Assembly: GCA_041854545.1 (NCBI GenBank)
Contig: JBHACK010000123.1
Coordinates: forward strand, 1 to 60,755
Origin: Acinetobacter sp.
GTDB taxonomy: Bacteria; Pseudomonadota; Gammaproteobacteria; Pseudomonadales; Moraxellaceae
DNA length: 60,755 bases
Reading direction: 5' to 3'
The position numbers were made by a program, and so were the translations under genes. The notes beneath the pieces were generated by a model. It ran no database searches and had not been told where the DNA came from. It was given only the letters and a program-made list of their open reading frames with translations. Shown here one piece after another: positions 30,880 to 40,677 of the stretch (positions are counted from its first letter, which is position 1; each line of letters begins with the position of its first letter).

Positions 30880-31707
30880 ATGGCAAATAAAACAAAAGAA
30901 ATTACTTACAATCTTTATGAGCGTGGGCGTAAATATACAGGCATTGACCGTAGTGATATTAATGTTCCTTTATTGGTTAAAATGATTAATAGCCCAGCGG
31001 TACAAGAGATGGTGAAATTAGGGCAATTACATGGCTATTATGGACATCAAATTCGCCAATTGTATGGCATGACTCCGCCTGAAACCATGTTTATGAATGG
31101 CAAGACGATTCGTTTAGAGCCAGCTTTTAAAACGATTTGCTTGAAAGCCAAAGATAATGGCGATGTAAGTCATGTTGCAGAATTTTACAATAATGATTCT
31201 GGTGAGTTTGCCAAACGCCAATATCAAGCAGGGGTAGGCGGTTTTAGCACGGCGATTAGTTATGAAAAAATCGGCATGAGCTACAATCCAACTGGCTTTT
31301 ATGGTTTTGATTATGTAACCCAACAAAACTATTATGACAATATGGGAGATGGGCAATTATTTGATAGTGCAACAGCTAGAGCTAGTGAACGTGAACAACA
31401 ATTATTGCGTGAACAAATTGTGATGCAATTTGACAGCATTCACCAACAATTACAGCTCATACAAGCCAATGAGCATAGCTTAGACCTAATTCAAGAACAA
31501 GAGCGACAATTACAACGTGAAAGCAAACGCCGTGCATTGCGTGAACAACGAGAAAAAGAAATGCGTACAGGTATCAAAGGGACGATTTCTAGCTTTGATA
31601 GTGCAGTACAAGATGCCAATGATTATTTAAGACGTTTAGATGACTTAAACAAGCAACAAACCAAGTCTGAACCATCTTTAAACATACCTTTTGGCGTTAA
31701 GGGGTAA
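30880..31707 (+). CDS. Prohead maturation protease (P1 Pro-like)
   Basis: GYYGH..R, GGFS, F.GFDYV..NY motifs. Confidence 0.7.
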   Translation: MANKTKEITYNLYERGRKYTGIDRSDINVPLLVKMINSPAVQEMVKLGQLHGYYGHQIRQLYGMTPPETMFMNGKTIRLEPAFKTICLKAKDNGDVSHVAEFYNNDSGEFAKRQYQAGVGGFSTAISYEKIGMSYNPTGFYGFDYVTQQNYYDNMGDGQLFDSATARASEREQQLLREQIVMQFDSIHQQLQLIQANEHSLDLIQEQERQLQRESKRRALREQREKEMRTGIKGTISSFDSAVQDANDYLRRLDDLNKQQTKSEPSLNIPFGVKG

Positions 31708-32556
31708 GTGATGCAACATACAGCGGTGCGTAACCAAATTAAGCAGATTCAAGATGCGTGGATTAAATTATTGTTTGATTTTAGAGCGTGGTTTTTTCCA
31801 AAAACGCCACAGGGTGAACATTGGAAATTTCGCCCAGCTCATCACGCTTTGCGTGCTTGCCAATCTCGTTTGATGGACGATGCGGAGTCTATGTTGGCGG
31901 AATATCGCAAAAATGATAACCAACAACCGATTGTTGAAAATAAAGACACACAACAAGGCTCAAGCAGTTATTTGCCGATTATGCTGACAGCTAATGCAAT
32001 GTTGGATAGCTTGCCAATGGCAAGTCAAATCAATGCAACCCCTTATTTTACTGATGTGGCAATTCAAGGGCAGTTGGCTCGTATCCGTTTAGAACCTATT
32101 GCAATACGTTTTCAAATTGCATTTTATGCGACCAACCCTTATGGCGTGCGAGATGTATTAAATCAGTTTTGTACTTACTTTTCAGATGACACAAAACGTA
32201 TGATTTATGTGCCGTTTTTTGTAGGTGAAAAAGATGGTAAGCCGATAATGGAATCTTTTCGGTTTACCGCATTTGAAAATGAGTTGTTTCCAGCCGTTAT
32301 GAATGGTGAGCAGAAGAATTTAGCCGTTGGTACGGTTGATGTAACGCTTTGTGGTTGCATTCCACATGTTGTTGGATTGGATTTACATGGTTCAGATAAG
32401 ATTGATGGTGGGATTGATGGTAAAGGCAATCCATTAAATACGCCTGACTTAATCGACAAAGTGGTGATTCAAGCTGATTTACATGATAGGGAACATTGGG
32501 TAATCAAGACAGACCGTGAAACAGTAGAAACGACTATAGAGAAAAATCATGACTGA
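31708..32556 (+). CDS. Probable tail terminator/neck protein (P1 gp24-like)
   Basis: Weak recalled similarity; structural operon context. Confidence 0.4.
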   Translation: MMQHTAVRNQIKQIQDAWIKLLFDFRAWFFPKTPQGEHWKFRPAHHALRACQSRLMDDAESMLAEYRKNDNQQPIVENKDTQQGSSSYLPIMLTANAMLDSLPMASQINATPYFTDVAIQGQLARIRLEPIAIRFQIAFYATNPYGVRDVLNQFCTYFSDDTKRMIYVPFFVGEKDGKPIMESFRFTAFENELFPAVMNGEQKNLAVGTVDVTLCGCIPHVVGLDLHGSDKIDGGIDGKGNPLNTPDLIDKVVIQADLHDREHWVIKTDRETVETTIEKNHD

Positions 32557-32746
32557 TATTGTTGATAGTGCAAACGAATTAATGGAAAAGTCTGTAGATA
32601 GCCAATTACAAGAAATTTCTGCTTTATTCATTGGACAATCTTTGTTGGAATGTGAGATGTGTGGTGTTGAAATTCCTGAAGCAAGAAGAAAACTAGGCAA
32701 TGTACGATTATGTGTAGCGTGTAAGCGTGAGCAGGAGCGGTTATGA
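32549..32746 (+). CDS. TraR/DksA C4-type zinc-finger protein
   Basis: D.VD.A N-terminus; CEMCG.EIPEARR....LCVACK. Confidence 0.9.
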   Translation: MTDIVDSANELMEKSVDSQLQEISALFIGQSLLECEMCGVEIPEARRKLGNVRLCVACKREQERL

Positions 32747-33300
32747 ATTTTTTTGTACCCCAAATAGACATCTGTGTAACTTTGTTTGATAGTGCTAATC
32801 AGAATGATTATCCAACTGCTCCATTTTTGCCAAGTTCTCAGCAATTAAATAATTTGCGAAAAGCAACAGCATATTGGAAACAGCATTTTGCAAATAAGAC
32901 CTATCAATTTACAGTACAACAGCGGAATAAACCGCCTAAAACCATTGTTGTACGTTTTGATAATACCAATCATGCTTATACTGAAGCAACGACAGCTGAA
33001 GCTAAAAAATATAATCATTTGCGTGAATTTGACCAACGCAGAGCGAAAGCCATGCAACATATTTTTAGCTTGATTGAAAGTCCAAGAAGTGTATTAGTGA
33101 GTTTGGGAAATGAATTATTGATTGATGGTTTGGTTAATGGTGAACATTATGTTGTGGCATTAAGATGGAATGGTCGATTATATGATTTTTATTCTGCACA
33201 CTTTAAGCGTGAGCAACAGATTAATCAAATTAAACAAAATCAGATGATTGAAAGACGAAACTATCGTGATTATGACAAATCACCTTTAACAAAAAAATGA
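32743..33300 (+). CDS. Putative PBECR (Barnase/EndoU/ColicinE5/RelE-like) ribonuclease
   Basis: NHAY...REFDQRRAK.M..I...IE.P...Y.V......Y.F.SAH pattern; N-terminal LFDSA. Confidence 0.5.
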   Translation: MNFFVPQIDICVTLFDSANQNDYPTAPFLPSSQQLNNLRKATAYWKQHFANKTYQFTVQQRNKPPKTIVVRFDNTNHAYTEATTAEAKKYNHLREFDQRRAKAMQHIFSLIESPRSVLVSLGNELLIDGLVNGEHYVVALRWNGRLYDFYSAHFKREQQINQIKQNQMIERRNYRDYDKSPLTKK

Positions 33301-33530
33301 TGGCTGTGTGATACTCAGAGCCATCTTGCCCCTAGAGAGATAGCAAATTATGCCAGTGCAAAGTCTAGGGATTGGTACGACCTTCGTTTTTAAGACCCCA
33401 GTCCAGTATCATAGGAGACTACATCTTGTGGAAATCGGCAATCACAGCTTGTAGTCAAAGCCTATATGTGATTGTCTACGGCAGTTAATCTGTGATGTTA
33501 AACATCCATCGAACCGTCCTCGCAACTGCA
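33290..33530 (-). ncRNA. Putative ~240-nt structured, pseudoknotted RNA convergent with the nuclease gene
   Basis: Sigma70 promoter upstream, several perfect stems, terminal hairpin GATGGCT/AGCCATC plus U7, no long ORF. Confidence 0.65.
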
Positions 33531-33535
33531 TAACT

Positions 33536-33564
33536 ATTGTATAAAACATTCAAATTTTAGTCAA
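33536..33564 (-). promoter_or_regulatory. Sigma70 promoter TTGACT-17-TACAAT
   Basis: Near-consensus hexamers with a 17-bp spacer. Confidence 0.75.
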
Positions 33565-33576
33565 GGTGAATGATTA

Positions 33577-34089
33577 ATGAGTTCAAATATTGTCTTAATT
33601 GATAGCCGTGTCGTTGGATTTTCTCATGTTCCTATCCGTATTTTATCTGCCTGTATTATAGAAAGTGGTATTGTGCAAATCTTAGGTGAAAAACCTTTTA
33701 TTGAGTTTAGTAAGCAAACTAGCGAGAAGTATCGAACCATTGTCGTTACTGATTCACCTGAAATTGTACAAGATTGGAATATTGCTTTTGACCCTAAAAA
33801 GCATTTAGATGATGTGATTAATATTTACCAGCTTAGACAGCGTGCTGGATTGATTCAAATTAATGACGATGTAATGCGATATAACCCAGAACCTGTATTG
33901 CAAGTTCGGAAACTGGATAAAAATGGATTGGTACAAGAGTTTGATAGTGGTAGTGTTGAAAATGGACATATTGCCGTGTTGTTGGCAGTTTGGGCAACGT
34001 ATAAAGTCAAGCTAAATCATGATTGTTTAACGCCGTCTGCAACAGAGAAGGAGTTAGTGGATAGCACATTAATCCCTTTTACTATTTGA
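33577..34089 (+). CDS. Hypothetical phage protein
   Basis: AAGGTGA RBS; 170 aa. Confidence 0.65.
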   Translation: MSSNIVLIDSRVVGFSHVPIRILSACIIESGIVQILGEKPFIEFSKQTSEKYRTIVVTDSPEIVQDWNIAFDPKKHLDDVINIYQLRQRAGLIQINDDVMRYNPEPVLQVRKLDKNGLVQEFDSGSVENGHIAVLLAVWATYKVKLNHDCLTPSATEKELVDSTLIPFTI

Positions 34090-34091
34090 TT

Positions 34092-34131
34092 GGAACAATG
34101 CAAAAAGCATACTTTTGCAACAGGGCATAAT
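34092..34131 (+). promoter_or_regulatory. Late-promoter motif GGAA-N30-CATAAT
   Basis: Upstream of the sheath gene. Confidence 0.75.
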
Positions 34132-34164
34132 AAGTTATCGAAATGTTTGAGTTGATAAACATAC

Positions 34165-35490
34165 ATGAAAACTTATCTTAGCTTAAGTCAAGATGGTCAG
34201 TTATCACTACAAGAAAAGTTAAATAGTGATATGCCCTTACAAGTTGAAATGGACACATGGTCGTATTTGGGGGATAACACGGCGTTGGTGATTGCATTTG
34301 ATGAACGCCGTGCAAACAGTACAGCATTAGAGCATATGAAATGCCGTATCAGTTGTATTGACAAGCTGACCGATGACAAAATCTTTGAATATGGCGGTAA
34401 TTTGTCGTTATCTGAAACAGACCCTAATAGCTTGTGGAATGTGGCTTACAATAGTGGCGAATTTAAGGAATTTGCACTACATCTAAATGCAACGCCTGAA
34501 GCCTTAAATGAAGCAATCAAGGCAAGCCAAGCATTTAATGCACATAAAGCCCATAAGAAAGTATCAGTTGCTTTAGCCTTGCCTGAAGATTTACCACCTG
34601 AAACTGATATTGACACAATGGTGCAATCTTTAATCAATATTCTCAATACGCAACAACGTCCAAGTGATATTGCGTTAATCAACATGGATAGCAATATTGA
34701 TTTATTTACAGCAATTATGATGGCGAATGAAAAAATCAATGTGCCAGTAACTGCCGAACTTAATCCAATGGCAGACCCTGAAGAGTTATTAGAACTGATT
34801 GATAGTTTGCATTTGGAATATCCATTATTACAAACCATTTGGTCGCCTAACCTATGCCGTCCATCATATTTGCAATCATTGCGTGGTCAAAGTAAGCCTT
34901 GTTATGTGTTAGGGCAACTTATGGCAATGGAAGAGTTTAAAAACCGTGAAATCACCGCAGAAGGCATTGCTCCAATGTCGCAGTTTGTGGCAGGTGAATC
35001 ACACCCATTCTATTTTAAAGATGTAAAACAACGTCCTGACATTATGTTAGACGATGCGATGATTGAGCGTTTTGCACAATCTAACATCAACTTGGTGCGT
35101 TTTGTAACCTATGATACAGGTACAAAATTAGTGATGAGTGATGTGCGTTCACAGTACAACAGTAAAGATAAAAATTCTGTTTTAGATTTATTTACTTCAG
35201 CTCGTTGTGTGGCATATACCACTAACGGAGTGATGGATATTCTTAAGCGTTATATGTTGAAACGCACGCCTGATTACTTGCAATCAGCATCAAATGATAT
35301 TCAAAAATTCTTAGATGGTTGCGTAACAGAAGGTATGTTACAGCCAGCTGAAGACTTAAATGGCAAGCCGTATGAGTTCAAATTAACACCTGACCCATCT
35401 AATCCACATGAGCGTGTGCATGTTTATTTTGCACGTTGTGTCGTTGGTACGGTGCGTAGTGTAGTTTTTGATGATGTGGTAACAATATAA
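34165..35490 (+). CDS. Contractile tail sheath protein (P1 gp22-like)
   Basis: C-terminal sheath signature IN.V...FL.G....G.L......P...VHV......G..R.V. Confidence 0.7.
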   Translation: MKTYLSLSQDGQLSLQEKLNSDMPLQVEMDTWSYLGDNTALVIAFDERRANSTALEHMKCRISCIDKLTDDKIFEYGGNLSLSETDPNSLWNVAYNSGEFKEFALHLNATPEALNEAIKASQAFNAHKAHKKVSVALALPEDLPPETDIDTMVQSLINILNTQQRPSDIALINMDSNIDLFTAIMMANEKINVPVTAELNPMADPEELLELIDSLHLEYPLLQTIWSPNLCRPSYLQSLRGQSKPCYVLGQLMAMEEFKNREITAEGIAPMSQFVAGESHPFYFKDVKQRPDIMLDDAMIERFAQSNINLVRFVTYDTGTKLVMSDVRSQYNSKDKNSVLDLFTSARCVAYTTNGVMDILKRYMLKRTPDYLQSASNDIQKFLDGCVTEGMLQPAEDLNGKPYEFKLTPDPSNPHERVHVYFARCVVGTVRSVVFDDVVTI

Positions 35491-35499
35491 TTTTTTAAG

Positions 35500-36294
35500 G
35501 TGAGAAAAACAATGTTTAAACTTGAATTTGACCCAAAAGGTGAAAATAAATCAACTGTACATGCTTTTGATTCTGCAACAGGCTTACAAAATGCCGTAGA
35601 ACAAAATCAATCACGCTTAGAACAAGCAACTGATGAGCATTTTCGTCATGAAGCGGTGGATATTGTATCGACTTTATTAAGCAATGCTGAAGATGATTTT
35701 GAAGATGTATTGCCAAGTGCTTTGCTTGACGATTCGATTACTGAATCATTGGAAGATTTAGGCTTTGATGATGGCGACCATGAAACCGCTAAGCACGCTG
35801 AAAATATGTTATTAGCATGTATTACTGACTTGCTTGATGGCTTAGGCGTTGATTCTAACACCGTGCAAGATATGTTTAGCGACAACGTGGACTTGGCTGA
35901 TAGTTCGATTGAAAATGCGTGTCAAACGGCTTTAGCAAACTTACCAAGCGATGATGAAATTGATGATTTCTACACTAGCTTTGTGTATGGTGATGATATT
36001 AGTCATGAATTTGATTCGGCTTTAGCTGTAGGTAAAACAACAACAAAACAACTAGGTAGCCAAAAATTTAAATACGTTGCAGTTAAGGCTGTACGCAATG
36101 GCAAAATTACAACTGTCAATAAGCGTGTAAAAGGTCAAGGTAAAGTCAAATTATCTCCTGCACAAAAACAGGCTTTAGCGAAAGCTCAAGCAAAAGCACA
36201 AACAGGGGCTAGTAAGGCTCGCCGTGAGTTATCTGTCATTAAAGGTTTAAAGGCTGGGTTATATAAACATCATGCCTTTATGGGGAAACTCTAA
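35500..36294 (+). CDS. Probable head-associated/core protein (acidic N-terminus, basic C-terminus)
   Basis: Two FDSA motifs; KAVRNGK...KLSPAQK.AL.KA C-terminus. Confidence 0.55.
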   Translation: MRKTMFKLEFDPKGENKSTVHAFDSATGLQNAVEQNQSRLEQATDEHFRHEAVDIVSTLLSNAEDDFEDVLPSALLDDSITESLEDLGFDDGDHETAKHAENMLLACITDLLDGLGVDSNTVQDMFSDNVDLADSSIENACQTALANLPSDDEIDDFYTSFVYGDDISHEFDSALAVGKTTTKQLGSQKFKYVAVKAVRNGKITTVNKRVKGQGKVKLSPAQKQALAKAQAKAQTGASKARRELSVIKGLKAGLYKHHAFMGKL

Positions 36295-36295
36295 C

Positions 36296-36667
36296 ATGAA
36301 TCTACAACAAATTATTGACCAACGTGCCAAGACACATGGTAAATTTGAAGACAATGCTGTGGTGGTGTCTGAAGTTATGGCATCGCTTGCAGGTGGTGCA
36401 AACTTTCAATCTTTAACGACACAACAGTTTTTTGCTTTGCAAAATATTGCAGGTAAAATGGCTCGTATTGTCAATGGTGATGCGAATGAGCCTGACCATT
36501 GGACTGATATTGCAGGTTATGCGACTTTAGCTAAAGAGTGCAATGAACAGGATAAAGAAGCATTTGAAGATGAAGTGATTGTGGTAGAAATGCCTGAAAA
36601 CAAAGTCTTTAAAGAAAGTGCGAGAACACCTTTGGCATATACAAGAGCATGTGATAAGCCTAAATAG
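36296..36667 (+). CDS. DUF6378-like phage protein
   Basis: R.KTHG.F...KMARIVNGD...DHWTDIAGYATL; ORF track start is 36272. Confidence 0.7.
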   Translation: MNLQQIIDQRAKTHGKFEDNAVVVSEVMASLAGGANFQSLTTQQFFALQNIAGKMARIVNGDANEPDHWTDIAGYATLAKECNEQDKEAFEDEVIVVEMPENKVFKESARTPLAYTRACDKPK

Positions 36668-36684
36668 CAGGTTTGATTAGGTCT

Positions 36685-36712
36685 AAAAACTAGGGTTTTG
36701 CCCTAGTTTTTT
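36685..36712 (+). terminator. Rho-independent terminator
   Basis: AAAAACTAGGG-TTTTG-CCCTAGTTTTTT. Confidence 0.8.
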
Positions 36713-36717
36713 ATTTT

Positions 36718-36757
36718 GGAACAATGGAAAAATCCGTTTTTTATAACAAGGCATAAT
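36718..36757 (+). promoter_or_regulatory. Late-promoter motif GGAA-N30-CATAAT
   Basis: Directly after the terminator. Confidence 0.75.
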
Positions 36758-36768
36758 AACAATAAAGA

Positions 36769-37233
36769 TTGATAAATGGTGTTTTTATGACATTAGTTGT
36801 ACAACAGCTGGGTGAAGCAGTTGCAATTCAATATAACGGTTTAACCGATAAAAGCGTACCCAATAATGGGATTTCTACGCTAGGTAAGCCATTGTTTGTG
36901 GGTTTATTTAAACGTGGTGTTGTGGGCAAGGTGCTTACTATTCATGCCAGTAACTTAAATTCTGCTTTAGGTTATGACCCTAACAATCCATTTTACATTG
37001 CAGTACGTTCATTTTTAGATGCTAATCGTGGTAGTACGGTGCAAGTGATAAATTTAGGGCGTAAAAAAGCAACAGCATTCGCTCAACAAGATGGTGATTC
37101 TTATCACATCTTCTTAGGTCAAGAAAAAGTTACAACGCTTAGCTTAGACCAAGTAAAACAAGGTTTTGACCATGAAAAATTCAATGTTTCATGGAATGAA
37201 TTAACGCAAAAAGTCGTTATTACAATGAAATAG
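36769..37233 (+). CDS. Protein with a sheath-N-terminal-like domain
   Basis: VGLFKRG...I...N....LGYDPNNPFY; likely start is ATG 36787. Confidence 0.55.
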   Translation: MINGVFMTLVVQQLGEAVAIQYNGLTDKSVPNNGISTLGKPLFVGLFKRGVVGKVLTIHASNLNSALGYDPNNPFYIAVRSFLDANRGSTVQVINLGRKKATAFAQQDGDSYHIFLGQEKVTTLSLDQVKQGFDHEKFNVSWNELTQKVVITMK

Positions 37234-37242
37234 TGGGGAAAT

Positions 37243-37773
37243 ATGAAAGTTACCATCGCACCTGCAACAGGCTCAACAAAAGAAACCAAAGTGATTCAAG
37301 TGGATTCAGGCACAAAAAGTGTTGAAGTGGATTTAAACGATTTACCTGTGGAATTGCAATTTGCAGAACCAACAACAGGTACAGCAGAAGATGCCACAGC
37401 AAGCACGCCTTTTGAAATTCCGTCTGACAGCTCAGCAACGCCTATCGCTCGCTTAACCAAACAGACAGGTACGCACTTAATTACGACAACCAATGGCTTT
37501 AGTCAAACAGGCACAATGGAAGAATTGGCTAGTGCGTTATCTTCCTATGGTATTTCATTGACCTTTGAAGGTGATGAAGTGATGGTTTTTGAAAATCAAA
37601 ACTTTAGCCAAGTTGATGTGGAAATTACTGCTCAAGGTCGTAGCGGTCGAGTGTACGCACCAATCGAACAAGATAACAATGCGGTTGCTTTAAGCAATAA
37701 AAATGCAAAATTCCGTCTTGCAGAAAAAATTGCACAACGAGAACCTGACCCAATCCCTGATTATGTAGGTTAA
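37243..37773 (+). CDS. Hypothetical virion protein
   Basis: GGGG RBS; structural operon. Confidence 0.6.
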   Translation: MKVTIAPATGSTKETKVIQVDSGTKSVEVDLNDLPVELQFAEPTTGTAEDATASTPFEIPSDSSATPIARLTKQTGTHLITTTNGFSQTGTMEELASALSSYGISLTFEGDEVMVFENQNFSQVDVEITAQGRSGRVYAPIEQDNNAVALSNKNAKFRLAEKIAQREPDPIPDYVG

Positions 37774-37777
37774 TTGT

Positions 37778-38296
37778 TTGTTTTACCGTGCCACAATTTT
37801 AAGTTATGAACCGCACCAGCGTACTGCTCAAGTGCATATTCATGGCTTAACCGATGGAGCAAGTGATGGCTTAACTGCCACACTTGCTTATGCTATTGGT
37901 GAAGATGATAGAGACACAGAAGTATTATTGACTCAAAACCAAGATGTTTTTGTGTTCTTTGAAGGTGGACAAGCTGAAGCTCCTGTTATTGCTTTTTATG
38001 CAAGTCATGGTCATTCTGCTGTGGTTGATGTGCGTAGAATACGTCAAAAAAATATTGAAGTATTGGCAAATAGTCATCTTTTATTGCAATCCGATAGTAT
38101 GGCTTTGAAAGCTAAAACGGTAAGCATTGAAGCTGAAACGATTAGCATGAAAGGCAAAGTTCAGATTGATGGCGATGTGGAAACAAAAGGTGGAATCACG
38201 GCGACAGGTGATGTAATTGCTGGTGGTAAGTCATTAATGCAACATGGACATAATGTTTTATCTGACGATTATGGCATAACAAGTCCCCCTATTTAA
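37778..38296 (+). CDS. Baseplate spike protein (gpV / P1 gp5-like)
   Basis: OB-fold VFVFFEGG...PVI, beta-helix, and C-terminal KSL..H.H iron-binding apex. Confidence 0.8.
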   Translation: MFYRATILSYEPHQRTAQVHIHGLTDGASDGLTATLAYAIGEDDRDTEVLLTQNQDVFVFFEGGQAEAPVIAFYASHGHSAVVDVRRIRQKNIEVLANSHLLLQSDSMALKAKTVSIEAETISMKGKVQIDGDVETKGGITATGDVIAGGKSLMQHGHNVLSDDYGITSPPI

Positions 38297-38298
38297 AC

Positions 38299-39216
38299 AT
38301 GAATTATTCTGATGTTTTTTATAACGGTCTGACTGATAGAAGTAATCAGCTTGAACGTGTTAGCAATCCAGTTGGCTATCCTTTAGTGATTGGTATGTTT
38401 AGACGTGGGCGAATCCATCAAATCATGATGATTACTTTGGATAATATTGATGCCACGTTGGGTTATGACCCTAACAATCCTTACTATAACGCCGTGTTGG
38501 ATTTCTTAAGTCAAGGGATAGAAATCGTTAATGTATTGCGTGTTGCTCGTTACTCTATTGCGTATGAATCACAATATACCGCCATAATGCCTAAACGAAT
38601 GATACGTTATGACGACTTATATAGCGAAGTATTGCCAAAAGCTCATTATATTGATGATGTTTTATATAGCGATGTATTGCCTTTAGGCAATCGTTTGCAT
38701 GACGTGCTGTATAGCAATGTTATACCAATTAAAACTCAACGTATCCTAACTTCTCGTAAATATACAGGATTTGAAAAAGTCGAACGTTATTTACAAAGCC
38801 AAAAATATATTGGTTATGAGCGTGTAGGGCGAATGTTAAGCACATTGATGTATCCATATATTGATGAAGAAGTTTTAAGCCTACAAGCAACAGTTTTAGA
38901 TGGCAATCGTTATGGCATACCTGTGGACACTATGGCAATTGGTGCAACCTGTGTTGATGGTGAATTAAAGAATGTTCGCAAAGAATATATGACACCGATT
39001 GAAGATGTTTTAACAATCGGAGCGATTTGTGTTGATGGTGAGTTGAATGATATTCGTAAAGAATATATCGCACCCCTAGAAGACAGTTTAGCCATTGGTG
39101 CAACCTGTGTTGATGGTGAACTTAAACTTATCTTGATTAAATACGAAACACCAATTGAAGATACTTTGACAGTTGGTGCAATTTGTGTTGATGGTGAATT
39201 AAAGGCGGTAAATTAA
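38299..39216 (+). CDS. Repeat-rich virion protein with a sheath-N-like domain
   Basis: N-terminus paralogous to 36769..37233; three internal repeat families. Confidence 0.65.
   Translation: MNYSDVFYNGLTDRSNQLERVSNPVGYPLVIGMFRRGRIHQIMMITLDNIDATLGYDPNNPYYNAVLDFLSQGIEIVNVLRVARYSIAYESQYTAIMPKRMIRYDDLYSEVLPKAHYIDDVLYSDVLPLGNRLHDVLYSNVIPIKTQRILTSRKYTGFEKVERYLQSQKYIGYERVGRMLSTLMYPYIDEEVLSLQATVLDGNRYGIPVDTMAIGATCVDGELKNVRKEYMTPIEDVLTIGAICVDGELNDIRKEYIAPLEDSLAIGATCVDGELKLILIKYETPIEDTLTVGAICVDGELKAVN
38926..39203 (+). repeat. Four 78-bp tandem coding repeats
   Basis: TGTGTTGATGGTGA at 38950, 39028, 39106, 39184 encoding GA(T/I)CVDGEL units. Confidence 0.9.
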
Positions 39217-39217
39217 G

Positions 39218-40072
39218 ATGTTAAAAGAAAATTTAGGATTAAAAGGATTTTTTGAAATCGTAAAACGCAAAGCAGATGGTTCAATAGTAGAGACTTATGC
39301 GTTTGAAAATCTCATCTTAGATAGCGGTTTAGAAATGATAGGGTTGAGAAAATGGTTTAATTATTGTCATCTTGGTAGTGGTAATAATGAACCTAACGTA
39401 ACACAAACAGGATTAAGCAGTCCCATTGGATATTCTGGTATAGGTTTTGTTAATGAAACTTGGTCGCTAGATACTGAAGAAAAAAGTTTAACCAAAAATT
39501 ACAAGGCTCGTTTTGAAGCAGGTGTGGCTACAGGTAATATCGCAGAAATAGGCTTAGCTGATAGTAGTTCTAGTAATGGAATGTTTTTTTGTCGAACATT
39601 AATAAAAGACAATCAAGGTCGTCCAACTGTAATCTCAAAACTTGCTGATGAAATCTTGGATATTTATTACAAGTTAAAATTTGTAATTAATCATCAAGAT
39701 GTAACAGGTGAATGCTTGATTAGTGGTGAGCCATATAATTTCATAATCCGTCCTGCTTATTTGGGAAATTCAAATACTCATGATGGTATCTTTTCAAAAA
39801 ATGAAATAGGTGATATTACTGCATACCCAATAATTCAAGACCATTATAGACCTGTAAATGTCAGTAACTATACGCCTAAAAGTAATAAATTACGTTTTAC
39901 AATTCATGGCGATGTTAATATGAATTACCCTATCCGTTCAATTATGATTCGAGATATGTTGGGCTTCCGTTGGCAAGCACAATATAGTCGTAAATCAGAT
40001 GGTAGTGCCATCCCCAAAACTGGCAACAATATTGTTAATTTGCCAATTGAAGTGTCATGGGGGCGTGCATAA
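39218..40072 (+). CDS. Tail/baseplate-associated structural protein
   Basis: FENLILDSGL...GSGN.EP...GNIAEIGL...F.R.LI.D family motifs. Confidence 0.65.
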   Translation: MLKENLGLKGFFEIVKRKADGSIVETYAFENLILDSGLEMIGLRKWFNYCHLGSGNNEPNVTQTGLSSPIGYSGIGFVNETWSLDTEEKSLTKNYKARFEAGVATGNIAEIGLADSSSSNGMFFCRTLIKDNQGRPTVISKLADEILDIYYKLKFVINHQDVTGECLISGEPYNFIIRPAYLGNSNTHDGIFSKNEIGDITAYPIIQDHYRPVNVSNYTPKSNKLRFTIHGDVNMNYPIRSIMIRDMLGFRWQAQYSRKSDGSAIPKTGNNIVNLPIEVSWGRA

Positions 40073-40677
40073 TGTTCCCTGAAAATCGATTATCTACTAT
40101 TCCACACCCTGAAGAGTGGATGACAGCTCACCCAACCACATATAGCCCTTATATTGACTATGAAATGGGCGGTATTGCTTTAGGCAATTCATCGCTTGGC
40201 TTAGATGTTGTGCTTTGGAAGTTAGCTTATGACCGCATTAACGGAGAGTTACGCTTAGGCAAAGCAGATGAACAAGGCGAAGTGCTTTTAACTGAAATGG
40301 GGTTAAAAAAAGTTTCTCTTGCCTTTGATGTTAATATGAAACCTGTTTATGTGATTGAGAGAAAGACTGGTGTTAATCTCAATTACTATGACACGGAGCA
40401 ACAGCAACAAGTCGATAAGTTTTTTGATGGCATTCGTAGCCCTTATGTTTGCCTAGATGAACGTAGAGAAGAAAACCTAACTAATGCAGATGTGTGCTTT
40501 TGCTACATCAAAGGTACAAAGCTATATGTGCGTTATCAGCGTGAACGTTATTTAACAGAACATCTTTTAGCTGAATTGACTCATGAAACATCTTATATTG
40601 AACGTGTAGGAATGATGAGAAATTGGCGTATTGGGATTTCTGTTCCTTACTTACAGATGGTGGAAGATAATGAATAA
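40057..40677 (+). CDS. Tail-fibre-associated protein
   Basis: DYEMGG..L...SLAFD.NM...Y.R.Q.ERY..EH; likely start is ATG 40072. Confidence 0.6.
   Translation: MGACIMFPENRLSTIPHPEEWMTAHPTTYSPYIDYEMGGIALGNSSLGLDVVLWKLAYDRINGELRLGKADEQGEVLLTEMGLKKVSLAFDVNMKPVYVIERKTGVNLNYYDTEQQQQVDKFFDGIRSPYVCLDERREENLTNADVCFCYIKGTKLYVRYQRERYLTEHLLAELTHETSYIERVGMMRNWRIGISVPYLQMVEDNE

Noticed and set aside
38926-39203. 78-bp periodic repeats as a CRISPR array
   Set aside because: In-frame coding repeats with synonymous variation and similar intervening sequences.
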